DNA from: an uncultured Methanosarcinales archaeon | GTDB taxonomy: Archaea > Nanobdellota > Nanobdellia > Woesearchaeales > WJKR01 | Direction of reading: 5' to 3' | Assembly: GCA_964556395.1 (NCBI GenBank) | Contig: CAZKVR010000004.1 | Span: 9,025-73,024 of the forward strand | DNA: 64,000 nucleotides | Part shown: piece by piece, positions 9,046 through 17,785 of the stretch | Position numbering within the stretch: position 1 is the first letter of the stretch | How the letters are laid out: each line of letters begins with the position of its first letter | The notes under the pieces: model-generated | Database searches by the model: none | What the model was told of the DNA's origin: nothing | Seen by the model: the letters and a program-made list of their open reading frames with translations, nothing else | Program-made: the position numbers and the translations under genes

Positions 9046-9152
9046 ACAACGCCTGTCGCCCGGAGGCATATAAAAAAGTTTATCCTCTCCCGAGAGTGAT
9101 GAAAAGGCAGAAGACAGAAACATTTAAATACGCGTCAGGGCATGGCAGGCAC

Positions 9153-10115
9153 ATGCACGTACGCACAGTCCTCATAGCACTAGGGATTCTCATCGCCCTC
9201 GGCGCAGGCGCGACATTCATCCAAGCGGACTCCCAGAACGGCGTCGACAGTGGTTCGTGCATCGACATAACAGGAAGCAAGAAGACGGCGTGCTACCAGC
9301 GCAGCGTGGAGTCGGAAGACGGCTTCGGAGCGGTAGAGCTGTGCGGCGACTGCTTCGCCTGCGGGTACGACGACGGCGTGTGCCCCGAAGACTTCACCTC
9401 GGACGGCGTGACCGCGAACTGCACGATGTGCCCAGACCCGGACTGCCTCGTCACCCTCGAAGGATACGTGTACGAGGAAGGCGGAAACCCTGCGGACGAC
9501 GGCATCAACGACGTCACCATCACGGCAGAACTCCCCCACACGGACACCCCGTTCACGACGACGACCGACTACAATTCCGACGATGGTCAGAACGGCTACT
9601 ACAGCTTCCAAGTGCCACGCGGAGACTACGAGTTCAGCTTCCAGAAAGACCCGTACGCCACCCAATACGCAGAGTTCCCACTCGAAGGCTCAGAACCCTA
9701 CGAGAAAGACGTGGAACTCAATTATCCGAGCTGCAACGCAGACCCGACATGCACGATGGACACAGCCCTCGGCCCCAGGTGCGACGCGAGCTGCGACGGG
9801 AAGAAAGGGTGCGACTACCCCTCAGGCACGTACACCGGCGGCGATTACGGCGACATCGTCTACGACCTCGCCGTGAACTGCTCGGGCAAGTCACCCTCGC
9901 GGAACATCTTCCTCGGACTCATCAACGAGACCCACCAATTGAGAGGCACGTGCTGCGACGGCGCGGTCCAAGCGGTGTTCAGGCCGAAAGCCAAGGTTGA
10001 CACGAACGTGACGAACATCGTGGTGGAGGAGGACGGCGGGCCGCTCATCAACGACAGGGGAGAAGTGGAAGAGCCGTACGTGAAGGTCAAGTACTACTTC
10101 TACAAGAAGGACTGA
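9153..10115 (+). CDS. Secreted or membrane-anchored Cys-rich protein with a carboxypeptidase-regulatory-like beta-sandwich segment
   Basis: The N-terminus is hydrophobic (MHVRTVLIALGILIALGAGA). I count 17 cysteines. The segment LEGYVYEEGG..YYSFQVPRGDYEFSF resembles CarboxypepD_reg. TTTAAATA at 9123-9130 lies 26-27 nt upstream of the ATG at 9153. Confidence 0.7.
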   Translation: MHVRTVLIALGILIALGAGATFIQADSQNGVDSGSCIDITGSKKTACYQRSVESEDGFGAVELCGDCFACGYDDGVCPEDFTSDGVTANCTMCPDPDCLVTLEGYVYEEGGNPADDGINDVTITAELPHTDTPFTTTTDYNSDDGQNGYYSFQVPRGDYEFSFQKDPYATQYAEFPLEGSEPYEKDVELNYPSCNADPTCTMDTALGPRCDASCDGKKGCDYPSGTYTGGDYGDIVYDLAVNCSGKSPSRNIFLGLINETHQLRGTCCDGAVQAVFRPKAKVDTNVTNIVVEEDGGPLINDRGEVEEPYVKVKYYFYKKD

Positions 10116-10155
10116 GAACGAAAGAGTTTTATACCCGCACCGCCGACGAGGAGGT

Positions 10156-10830
10156 ATGAGAAAGAGGGGAGCATTGTTCTACATCATCGACGCCTTCGTA
10201 GCCGCAGGCATCATCGCCCTCACCCTCACCATAGTCCTCACGACCAAGCTCAACCAGCCCACCACGGAAGCGCCGACGAGGGAGATCCAAGACTACCTCG
10301 GATACCTGGAGGCCACGAGGCTGAAGGATGTCGAACAGGTCCAGAGCCTGCCGACCGCCGAAGAGGTCATCCGGACGGGAAAGGCGAGCAGCCAGGAACT
10401 CACACTCCTCGAAGCCCTGGCAGAACTCTCGACAAGCCACCACTCAGATGCGGCCGACCTGGCGGCAGAGACGGCCAACCTCGTCCTACCACCACAGTAC
10501 GGGGTGAACGTGAGCGTGCACACGACCAGCGACATGACGACGCTGTACACGAGAGGCACCGACCGCCTGTCCACGGCCAGGCACCACCTCACGTTGAGCA
10601 AGCCGTTCAGCTTCGCCACACGCGCCAGCCTTGAAAGGACCTGGGAGGCCATCAGCTCTACAGGAACCGACGCGTGCGACCCTGCGACGTGCCTGTTCGT
10701 CACCAACACGACCGAGTACGACGCCTACAGCTGCGACCGGTCGCTTGATGCGACGTGGCGTGCGCGATGCGAGTCGTACAACGCCTCAGAAGCCCTCAGC
10801 GGCACCGTGGAGGTGAGGATATGGCCCTGA
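10156..10830 (+). CDS. Pilin-like protein with class III (type IV prepilin-like) signal peptide
   Basis: MRKRG/ALFYIIDAFVAAGIIALTL is a short basic N-terminus followed by G and a hydrophobic helix. A TTTTATA box lies about 27 nt upstream. Confidence 0.65.
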   Translation: MRKRGALFYIIDAFVAAGIIALTLTIVLTTKLNQPTTEAPTREIQDYLGYLEATRLKDVEQVQSLPTAEEVIRTGKASSQELTLLEALAELSTSHHSDAADLAAETANLVLPPQYGVNVSVHTTSDMTTLYTRGTDRLSTARHHLTLSKPFSFATRASLERTWEAISSTGTDACDPATCLFVTNTTEYDAYSCDRSLDATWRARCESYNASEALSGTVEVRIWP

Positions 10831-11822
10831 ACAAGAAAGGCATCATCTTCTCGCTCATCGCCATCGCATTGTCAGGATTGTTCGTCGTGCTCTTCGCATC
10901 CACGTACGAGCAGGAGACCGACGACCGGAACAGCATCGTACGCACACGCGTCCTCGCCCTGGACGACGCGATCACCGGCCTGTACAGCTACGCGGAGAGC
11001 GCCCACCAGCAGGCAGCGGAGGGCGCCCTCGAAGGACTGTACGACGAGGTCGATAGCAATGGGTTCCTCGCGGATTTCAACCAGAGCTTCACCGACTGTC
11101 TCCAGCGGACGAGCGGGACGTGCACGAACCCCCACAACCTCACAGGACTCCTCCACAACTACACCGAACTCCTCGAAGGGGCCTTGGGCACGGATATCAA
11201 CGCGACGGTCAACGGCGCGAGGCTCGTCTCGGAAGGCTACTGGAGGTTCACGCTCGAGAGCAACATCACGGTGACGGTGGACGACAAGTACGCGTCGTGG
11301 AGCCTGAGCAAGAACGTCACGGCGAGGGTGAGCACGCTCGGCACGCCCGACCCGGCCTACATCAAGATCAATAATGATTACGGGGGGTCGGTGAAGCGGC
11401 CGATCAAGAAGAACGAGATCGTCGGAGGAGGTTGGAACATCTCGACGTTCACAGAGTACTTCACCGGCCGGGACCACCACGCGTCAGGAGAAGGACCTTG
11501 CCTCAGCCAGCGGTATGAGGGTGACTTCGGCAACCCGTGGAGCAGTTGCGGCCTGGAGAGCGTCGTGGACCCCGACGAACATCCAGACCTGAAAGACTCT
11601 GCCAACGAAGACATAGTGCACCTCGACTGGCAGGTGCTCAACGGCGAGACGCACGGTTGCGACGGCGAGGAGGCGGACTTCCGCGTCAGCGTCAACGCGG
11701 TGAACAAGAACCTCACCCTCGCCAAGAGCGACGCCCAACGGTTCGGCCTGTGGGACGACCACGTATGGTACAACCCCTCGGTGGGCAAGTACACGGCGAG
11801 AGGGTGCGACGGCTTCAGCTGA
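10821..11822 (+). CDS. Pilin-like surface protein, rich in N-glycosylation sequons
   Basis: MALNKKG/IIFSLIAIALSGLFVVLF is a class III-like signal. There are at least eight N-x-S/T sequons. The start overlaps the upstream stop by 10 nt. Confidence 0.65.
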   Translation: MALNKKGIIFSLIAIALSGLFVVLFASTYEQETDDRNSIVRTRVLALDDAITGLYSYAESAHQQAAEGALEGLYDEVDSNGFLADFNQSFTDCLQRTSGTCTNPHNLTGLLHNYTELLEGALGTDINATVNGARLVSEGYWRFTLESNITVTVDDKYASWSLSKNVTARVSTLGTPDPAYIKINNDYGGSVKRPIKKNEIVGGGWNISTFTEYFTGRDHHASGEGPCLSQRYEGDFGNPWSSCGLESVVDPDEHPDLKDSANEDIVHLDWQVLNGETHGCDGEEADFRVSVNAVNKNLTLAKSDAQRFGLWDDHVWYNPSVGKYTARGCDGFS

Positions 11823-11964
11823 GGAGTCACCAAGAGGTGAAGAAAAACACGAGGACCACTCGAGAATAATGAACAAACTTTAAATAGGCTCGGACGAGGA
11901 AAGAGACTTAAAAAGAGAGGGGACTATCACATTCTCCACCGACGAGAAAAAAAAGAGGGATGAG

Positions 11965-12426
11965 ATGGGTCAAGACCAAGACAGCGTGAAGACGGACGTG
12001 GACTCCCTGTTGGAACTCCTCAAACAAAACGAGAAGCTCTCCATGACCGACGCGGCGAAGAAGCTCGGCCTCAAGGAAGACATCGTCAAGATGTGGGTGG
12101 ACTTCCTCGTCGAGGAGAAAGTCGTCGGTGTGGAGTACAAGTTCACCAAACCCTACATCTACCTCAACAAGCCCAAGGAAGAGAAGAAAGGGCGCATCAT
12201 CAAGGAAGAGGAGATAGGACTCGACAACTTCAAGCAAGACTTCAAGCAACGAGCCGAGAAGAGCAACATCTCACAACAACAGGCGAGCTTCCTCTGGAAA
12301 GACCACATCCTCAACCAGCTCGAGCTCGAGAAACCGTTCTTCTACCGCGAGGCGAAGAAACGCGGCCTGAAGAACATCGAACACCTGTGGGAAGCCTACA
12401 GGCGAGAACTGACTAAGAAGGAATGA
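11965..12426 (+). CDS. Hypothetical winged-helix-like protein of the pilus locus
   Basis: Codon style is consistent with the host. The segment LSMTDAAKKLGLKEDIVKMWVDFLVEEKVV looks like a wHTH. The gene lies directly upstream of the pilus ATPase module. Confidence 0.6.
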   Translation: MGQDQDSVKTDVDSLLELLKQNEKLSMTDAAKKLGLKEDIVKMWVDFLVEEKVVGVEYKFTKPYIYLNKPKEEKKGRIIKEEEIGLDNFKQDFKQRAEKSNISQQQASFLWKDHILNQLELEKPFFYREAKKRGLKNIEHLWEAYRRELTKKE

Positions 12427-12430
12427 CACC

Positions 12431-13687
12431 ATGGAATTAAGCAAGTTCCTCGAACAGGACATCATCGACTTCCTCGACAAGATAGCGGCGGAGCAACGCA
12501 ACAAGAAAGGCCTGCTGCGCAGCGAGGAGTTCACCCTGTTCAACGTCGACCGAGACTACGCCGAAGAAGCCGAGAAGGCCTTGCAAGAGCACAACCCAGG
12601 CAAGGCGAAAGGCATCTTCAAAGAGCTGAAAGAGGCGTACGACGAGCTCGAAGGACGTGAAGAGGAACAAGAGAAGGTCCGCTCGATCCTCAAGGAAGTG
12701 TACGAGAAGATAAAGAAGTCCTCCGAGGACGAGACCCAACTGGAGGAAGACCTCAAAGAGGTCGGCCTCATGGGAGAAGAGAAGGCCAAGGAAGAGAAAG
12801 ACCTCACACCCGAAGAGAAAGAGCTCGAGAAAGCCGACAAGGAGATGGAGGAAGTCGTGAAGCGCGTGAACGACGCCCTTGAGAAGAGAGACCTCGACAA
12901 CGCCATCAAAGGATACCACGAACTCAAGGAGAAGTTCAAGGATTACCCAGAACACGACCAGCAACGAAAGGTGCGATGGTACAACCACGTCCTCGGCACG
13001 TACGAGATGATACGACGCCTCAAGCAGAAACACCACGCCGCGGAGAAAGAACAACAAGAAGAAGAGGAAGAGGCGAAACGAGAGGAAGCCAAGAAACAAA
13101 CCGCGGAAGAGGAAGCCAAGAAACGACAAGAGGAGGAATCCCAACGACAACGGGCCGCAGAAGAGGCGAAGCGCAAACAACGCGAGGACGCCAAGCAGGC
13201 CGTCAGGGCAGTCCTCCTCTCACTAGGACAAGACGACCGCCACAAGACCACACAACTACTAGTCACCGCCAAGCACAAGGTCGCAAAGCTCCCCCAACAA
13301 CCGCAGAAGGCCACGTTCGAGCAGATACTCTCCACGGCGACGCACAGGTTGGAGTTCCTCAAGCGCAACGCCGAGAGGGAACGACGGGCCGCAGAAGAGC
13401 GCAAGCGCAAAGAAGCGGAAATAGCCGCCAAGCGCAACAAGCAAGCACAACAGGAATCATCGCTCGCCCAGACAGCGGCAAAGGCCAAGAACCAGGGACG
13501 CACGGCGAAGAACAAGCAGAACGCGGAAGAGCTCTACCGACAGGCAGTCAAGCACCAGCACGCAGGGGACGAGGACAAGGCCAAGGAAGCGTACCGCAAG
13601 GTGCTCGAGCTCAACCCAGACCACCTCCCCGCCAGGATCAGGCTCCAAGACCTCCAGGACGGGAAGACAAAGGGTGAATCGGCATGA
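12431..13687 (+). CDS. Charged coiled-coil protein with a C-terminal TPR-like repeat
   Basis: It has long E/K/R/A-rich heptad-like stretches and a TPR-like C-terminus (AEELYRQAVKHQHAGDEDKAKEAYRKVLELNPDH). The stop overlaps the ATPase start (ATGA). Confidence 0.7.
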   Translation: MELSKFLEQDIIDFLDKIAAEQRNKKGLLRSEEFTLFNVDRDYAEEAEKALQEHNPGKAKGIFKELKEAYDELEGREEEQEKVRSILKEVYEKIKKSSEDETQLEEDLKEVGLMGEEKAKEEKDLTPEEKELEKADKEMEEVVKRVNDALEKRDLDNAIKGYHELKEKFKDYPEHDQQRKVRWYNHVLGTYEMIRRLKQKHHAAEKEQQEEEEEAKREEAKKQTAEEEAKKRQEEESQRQRAAEEAKRKQREDAKQAVRAVLLSLGQDDRHKTTQLLVTAKHKVAKLPQQPQKATFEQILSTATHRLEFLKRNAERERRAAEERKRKEAEIAAKRNKQAQQESSLAQTAAKAKNQGRTAKNKQNAEELYRQAVKHQHAGDEDKAKEAYRKVLELNPDHLPARIRLQDLQDGKTKGESA

Positions 13688-15150
13688 CCACTTCCAAGAA
13701 AGACCTCATCGACAAGTACAGCATCGAGATCAACAACATCATCGTAGACGTCAACATCACCGCCAACGACGAGGAGCCAGTGCCCTTCTACGCCGTGTCC
13801 ATCACGAACATCAGCGACACGACCAAGCTCATCCTCGAGAAGATCAGGCAGGAGTTCATCTCAAGGCTCGACCTGGCAGACCTGGAGAAGTCGCAGGAGC
13901 GCGACGTAGAGGACGTACGGGAACGATTCAAGAAGGAGATCCGAGGGCTCATCCACAAATACTTCCCCAACACGGACGAGAAGACGGCGGACATGCTGAT
14001 CAACTACCTCATCGAGGAGAACCTCGGCCTCGGCAAGATCGAGATACTCCTGAAAGACCCGTCGCTAGAGGAGATCGTCATCAACAACCACAAGGAGCCG
14101 GTATGGGTCTACCATAGGAAGCACGGCTGGCTCAAGACGAACATCCGAATCTTCACCGAGGCACGTATCAGGCACTACGCCACCATGATCGGGCGTGACG
14201 TGAACAAGGAGATCACCACGCTCAACCCCCTCATGGACGCCCACCTCACGACGGGCGACCGTGTCAACGCGACGCTCAACCCCATCAGCACGAAAGGCAA
14301 CACCATCACTATCAGGAAGTTCGCAGAAGACCCGTGGACTATCACCAAGTTCATCAAGCAGGGCACGATCAACGTCGAGGCGGCGGCGTTCATCTGGCTC
14401 GCCATCCAGAACGAGATGTCAGTACTCATCGCCGGCGGCACGGGCTCTGGCAAGACGAGCATGCTCAACGTGGTGAGCAACTTCTTCCCCGCCAACCAGC
14501 GCATCCTCAGCATCGAGGACACGCGAGAATTGACGTTACCGAGCAACCTGCACTGGGTGCCCATGGAGACCCGGCTGCCCAACCCTGAAGGCAAGGGCGG
14601 CGTGACCATGCTCGACCTGTTGGTGAACAGCCTCCGCATGAGGCCTGACCGCATACTCGTGGGCGAGATCCGTAGGAAGAAGGAGGCAGAGGTTTTATTG
14701 GAGGCGATGCACACGGGCCACTCGGTGTACGCGACCATCCACGCGAACAACGCGGACGAGGTCATCACCAGGCTGACCAACCCGCCCATCGACATCCCCA
14801 AGCCCATGATCTCGTCACTATCGCTGATCATCGTCCAGAACAGGAACAGGAGGACTGGGAAGCGACGCACCCTCCAAGTGGCAGAGGTCCTGCCGAACGG
14901 AGACCCCAACACGCTGCTCCAGCTCAACGTCAAGGACGACATGCTCGAGAAGGTGAAGGATTCGAAGATGGTCATCAAACGGCTGGAGCTGTACACGGGC
15001 ATGGGCAAGGAGGAGATCGAGGAGGACCTGCGCAAGAAGATGCGCATCCTGAGCTGGATGGTGAAGACCGGTGTCGAAGGTATTGACAACATCGGCCAGA
15101 CCATGACCAAGTACTACATGGACAAGCTCGACATCGACTCGCAACTATGA
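13684..15150 (+). CDS. Type II/IV secretion-family ATPase (ArlI/FlaI/TadA/PilB-like)
   Basis: Walker A (AGGTGSGKTS), Asp box, Walker B and His box are arranged as in VirB11/FlaI-type hexameric ATPases. Confidence 0.9.
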   Translation: MTTSKKDLIDKYSIEINNIIVDVNITANDEEPVPFYAVSITNISDTTKLILEKIRQEFISRLDLADLEKSQERDVEDVRERFKKEIRGLIHKYFPNTDEKTADMLINYLIEENLGLGKIEILLKDPSLEEIVINNHKEPVWVYHRKHGWLKTNIRIFTEARIRHYATMIGRDVNKEITTLNPLMDAHLTTGDRVNATLNPISTKGNTITIRKFAEDPWTITKFIKQGTINVEAAAFIWLAIQNEMSVLIAGGTGSGKTSMLNVVSNFFPANQRILSIEDTRELTLPSNLHWVPMETRLPNPEGKGGVTMLDLLVNSLRMRPDRILVGEIRRKKEAEVLLEAMHTGHSVYATIHANNADEVITRLTNPPIDIPKPMISSLSLIIVQNRNRRTGKRRTLQVAEVLPNGDPNTLLQLNVKDDMLEKVKDSKMVIKRLELYTGMGKEEIEEDLRKKMRILSWMVKTGVEGIDNIGQTMTKYYMDKLDIDSQL

Positions 15151-15163
15151 GGACTACCACATA

Positions 15164-15973
15164 ATGGGCATCGTCGGCAACATCGTGAGGAAGCACCCGG
15201 AACTCAAGCACAAGCTCTACATGGCAGGCATCAGACAGACGCCTGAAGAGTACGTCAAGCAGAAGGTGATGGGCTCGTTCTGGATGGCCCTCATGGTAGG
15301 CGTCCTCGTCTTCCTCATGGTGGACAAGCAGGGCGGAAACCCGGTGGTCGCGTTGTTCGCGTTCGCCGTCGTCTACCTCATGCTGAAAGCCCTGTTGATG
15401 AAGCAGGCCGACATCAAGATCAGCAAGCGGGCCAAGCGGATCGACAAGGACGTGCTCTTCGCGGGGCGCTTCCTCCTGGTCAAGCTGAACAGCGGCCGGC
15501 CGCTCATCAACGCGATCGAGGACGCGACGAAGAGCTATGGCGTGAGCAACGAGTACTTCAAGGAGATCATGCGTGACGTCAACCTCGGCACGCCGCTGGA
15601 GCAGGCGTTGGAGAAGGCGACGCAGGACTGTCCTTCCGCCAAGCTGAAGAAGATACTGTTCCAGATCACCAACGCCCTCAAGATAGGGACTGACGTGACG
15701 AACTTCCTCGACGCCATCCTGGACGACATCGCCGACCAACAGCTCATCGAGATCCAGCGTTACGGGAAGAAGCTGAACAGCCTGACCATGTTCTACATGC
15801 TCTTCGCCGTGGTGCTGCCGTCCTTGGGCATGACGATGATCGTCATCGTGATCAGTCTCGTCAACCTCAACATCGGAGGCGCCGACTTCATGCTCATCAT
15901 CGGCGGCCTCATCTTCATGCAGTACATCTTCCTCAACCTGTTCAGGAGCATCCGACCCAACGTCCACATCTGA
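15164..15973 (+). CDS. T2SSF-domain membrane protein (TadB/TadC/FlaJ-like), first of two
   Basis: It is a polytopic membrane protein with a cytoplasmic helical T2SSF-like domain, immediately after the ATPase. Confidence 0.75.
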   Translation: MGIVGNIVRKHPELKHKLYMAGIRQTPEEYVKQKVMGSFWMALMVGVLVFLMVDKQGGNPVVALFAFAVVYLMLKALLMKQADIKISKRAKRIDKDVLFAGRFLLVKLNSGRPLINAIEDATKSYGVSNEYFKEIMRDVNLGTPLEQALEKATQDCPSAKLKKILFQITNALKIGTDVTNFLDAILDDIADQQLIEIQRYGKKLNSLTMFYMLFAVVLPSLGMTMIVIVISLVNLNIGGADFMLIIGGLIFMQYIFLNLFRSIRPNVHI

Positions 15974-15980
15974 TGATACC

Positions 15981-17009
15981 ATGGCACTCGACTTCCTCAC
16001 CGACATCGGACGCGCGTTCGTGCCCAAGCGGTTCCGGCCGAACCTGCGCAGCTACCTCTTGATGGCGGGCTATGACGAGGTCCCTTACAAGTTCTTCGGA
16101 GGGTTGTTCTTCAGCACCATCTTCGTGACGATCGTGACCCACTTCGCCGCTATCCAGCCGTTGATCCAGGATCGGAGCCTTCTCATCATAGGCTTGACGG
16201 CGTTCGGGTTCATCGCAGGGGTCGCGTTGATATTGAGCGCGCTCATCATCCTCGGGATATATTTCTTCCTCAACATCAAGATCTACAACCGTACGAAGAG
16301 GCTCGAGGACAAGCTGGTGGACTACCTGACGTTGGTGAGCACGAACCTGAAGGGCGGCATGTCGTTCGAGAAGTCGTTGTGGGTGTCCATCAAGCCGGAC
16401 TTCGGGATATTGGCGAAGGAGATAGGCTTGGTGTCGAAGAAGGTGATGACGGGCAATGACCTGACCGAGGCTTTGATCGAGTTCTCGATGAAGTACGACT
16501 CTCCCATCCTGCGACGGAGCATGAACCTCATCATCGGCGAGGTTGAGAGCGGCGGGCGCGTCGTCGAGGTTATCGACAAGGTGATCCAGAACCTGCGCAA
16601 GACGCGGATGCTGAAGGACGAGATGGCCGCTTCGACGGTGACGTACATGATATTCATCGGCGCGATCGTCATGGTGATCAGCCCGGCATTGTTCGCGTTG
16701 TCGGCGCAGCTCCTACAGGTCGTGATAGGGTTCACGGGCAAGATCAGCGGTAGCATCGGCGGCGCGGCTGCGGGTTTCTTGCCGATCAGCATCAACGAGG
16801 TGAGCATCGACCCCAAACAGTTCGTCTGGTTCTCGCGAGGGGCGATCGCTTCTATCGCCGTGTCGTCGGCGTTCATAGTCAGCATCATCGAGAAGGGCAA
16901 CATCAAGAGCGGGCTCAAGTACGTCCCGTTGTTCCTCCTCGTCAGCCTCGTAGTCTACACCATCCTCAACGAGGTGTTGTCGGGCGTGTTCGCGGGCATC
17001 ATGGGTTGA
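15981..17009 (+). CDS. T2SSF-domain membrane protein (TadB/TadC/FlaJ-like), second of two
   Basis: Its architecture matches the previous gene. Together the two resemble a split FlaJ/PilC platform protein. Confidence 0.75.
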   Translation: MALDFLTDIGRAFVPKRFRPNLRSYLLMAGYDEVPYKFFGGLFFSTIFVTIVTHFAAIQPLIQDRSLLIIGLTAFGFIAGVALILSALIILGIYFFLNIKIYNRTKRLEDKLVDYLTLVSTNLKGGMSFEKSLWVSIKPDFGILAKEIGLVSKKVMTGNDLTEALIEFSMKYDSPILRRSMNLIIGEVESGGRVVEVIDKVIQNLRKTRMLKDEMAASTVTYMIFIGAIVMVISPALFALSAQLLQVVIGFTGKISGSIGGAAAGFLPISINEVSIDPKQFVWFSRGAIASIAVSSAFIVSIIEKGNIKSGLKYVPLFLLVSLVVYTILNEVLSGVFAGIMG

Positions 17010-17174
17010 GAGCCGTTCGGGGTTTCATCCTTGCAGGGCGTCAGGTATTCCTTTGCTATAGAAGGTAGAGAAAAAGAATAAAAAAAGCTCCCGGGGCTTG
17101 GGTGGTTGTTAGGGGTGGGGGAGTTAGGTGGTTTTTGACCAGAAGTCAAAAAGCCGCCGGGAGCCTTGTGAGCG

Positions 17175-17603
17175 TCATGATTTCATGGTGAGCTGTCGTG
17201 GGGGTTTGCGTATCTCCTGGAGCCACATGAGGCCTATCTTCATCATGTTCTTGTTGAACTTCTCGCTGACCTTGTAGGTCTTCTTGTACAGGTCGTAGTC
17301 GATGAGGCCCATGGTCTTCATCGGGGTGAGGATGCGGTCGTAGAACTGCCGCTTGTTGTAGCTGAGCTTGACCTTCTGCTTCTTGGCGACGGGTCCGCGC
17401 TCGTCCTTGGCCTCGATGATGGTCCCTTCGTGGAGGGAGGTGGCGAACATGGACATCTCTGTCTTGCCGATCTCGCCGTCCTTCGCTTTCATCTGCTCGA
17501 GCAGCAGCTGTGCTACCATGACCTGCTGTTTCGTCGCGAAGATGATCTCGAAGATGCTCTCCGGCATGTTGAACTGGTCGAACAGGATGACCATGTAGGG
17601 CAC
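17175..17603 (-). CDS. Hypothetical protein
   Basis: It has host-like codon usage. An ATTTATATAT box at 17623-17632 lies upstream. The in-frame ATG at 17594 is an alternative to the GTG at 17603. Confidence 0.55.
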   Translation of the reverse strand: MPYMVILFDQFNMPESIFEIIFATKQQVMVAQLLLEQMKAKDGEIGKTEMSMFATSLHEGTIIEAKDERGPVAKKQKVKLSYNKRQFYDRILTPMKTMGLIDYDLYKKTYKVSEKFNKNMMKIGLMWLQEIRKPPRQLTMKS

Positions 17604-17785
17604 AATACCCCTACCGATATATAAATGTTTCGATTTGTATACGTATTAGTATACTGAGAGCCCTTATACATACGGCTTTTCAGACATATTTCACAACGAG
17701 ACCCTGCACCTTCAAAACACGCCAACAGGTAAAGCACAAAAAAGAAGGCTTAAAAAACCCCACTCCTCAAAATAAGAAAAGCACC

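Noticed and set aside
12976-13677. Long Arg/Gly/Pro-rich ORFs such as 12976..13677, 9257..10000, 25999..26841, 30371..31162, 37351..38385, 58858..59568 and 43208..43636
   Set aside because: They are off-frame readings of genes with strong G/C third-position bias. Their composition is extreme (R, P, G, T, H), they overlap better-supported genes completely, and they lack promoter boxes.
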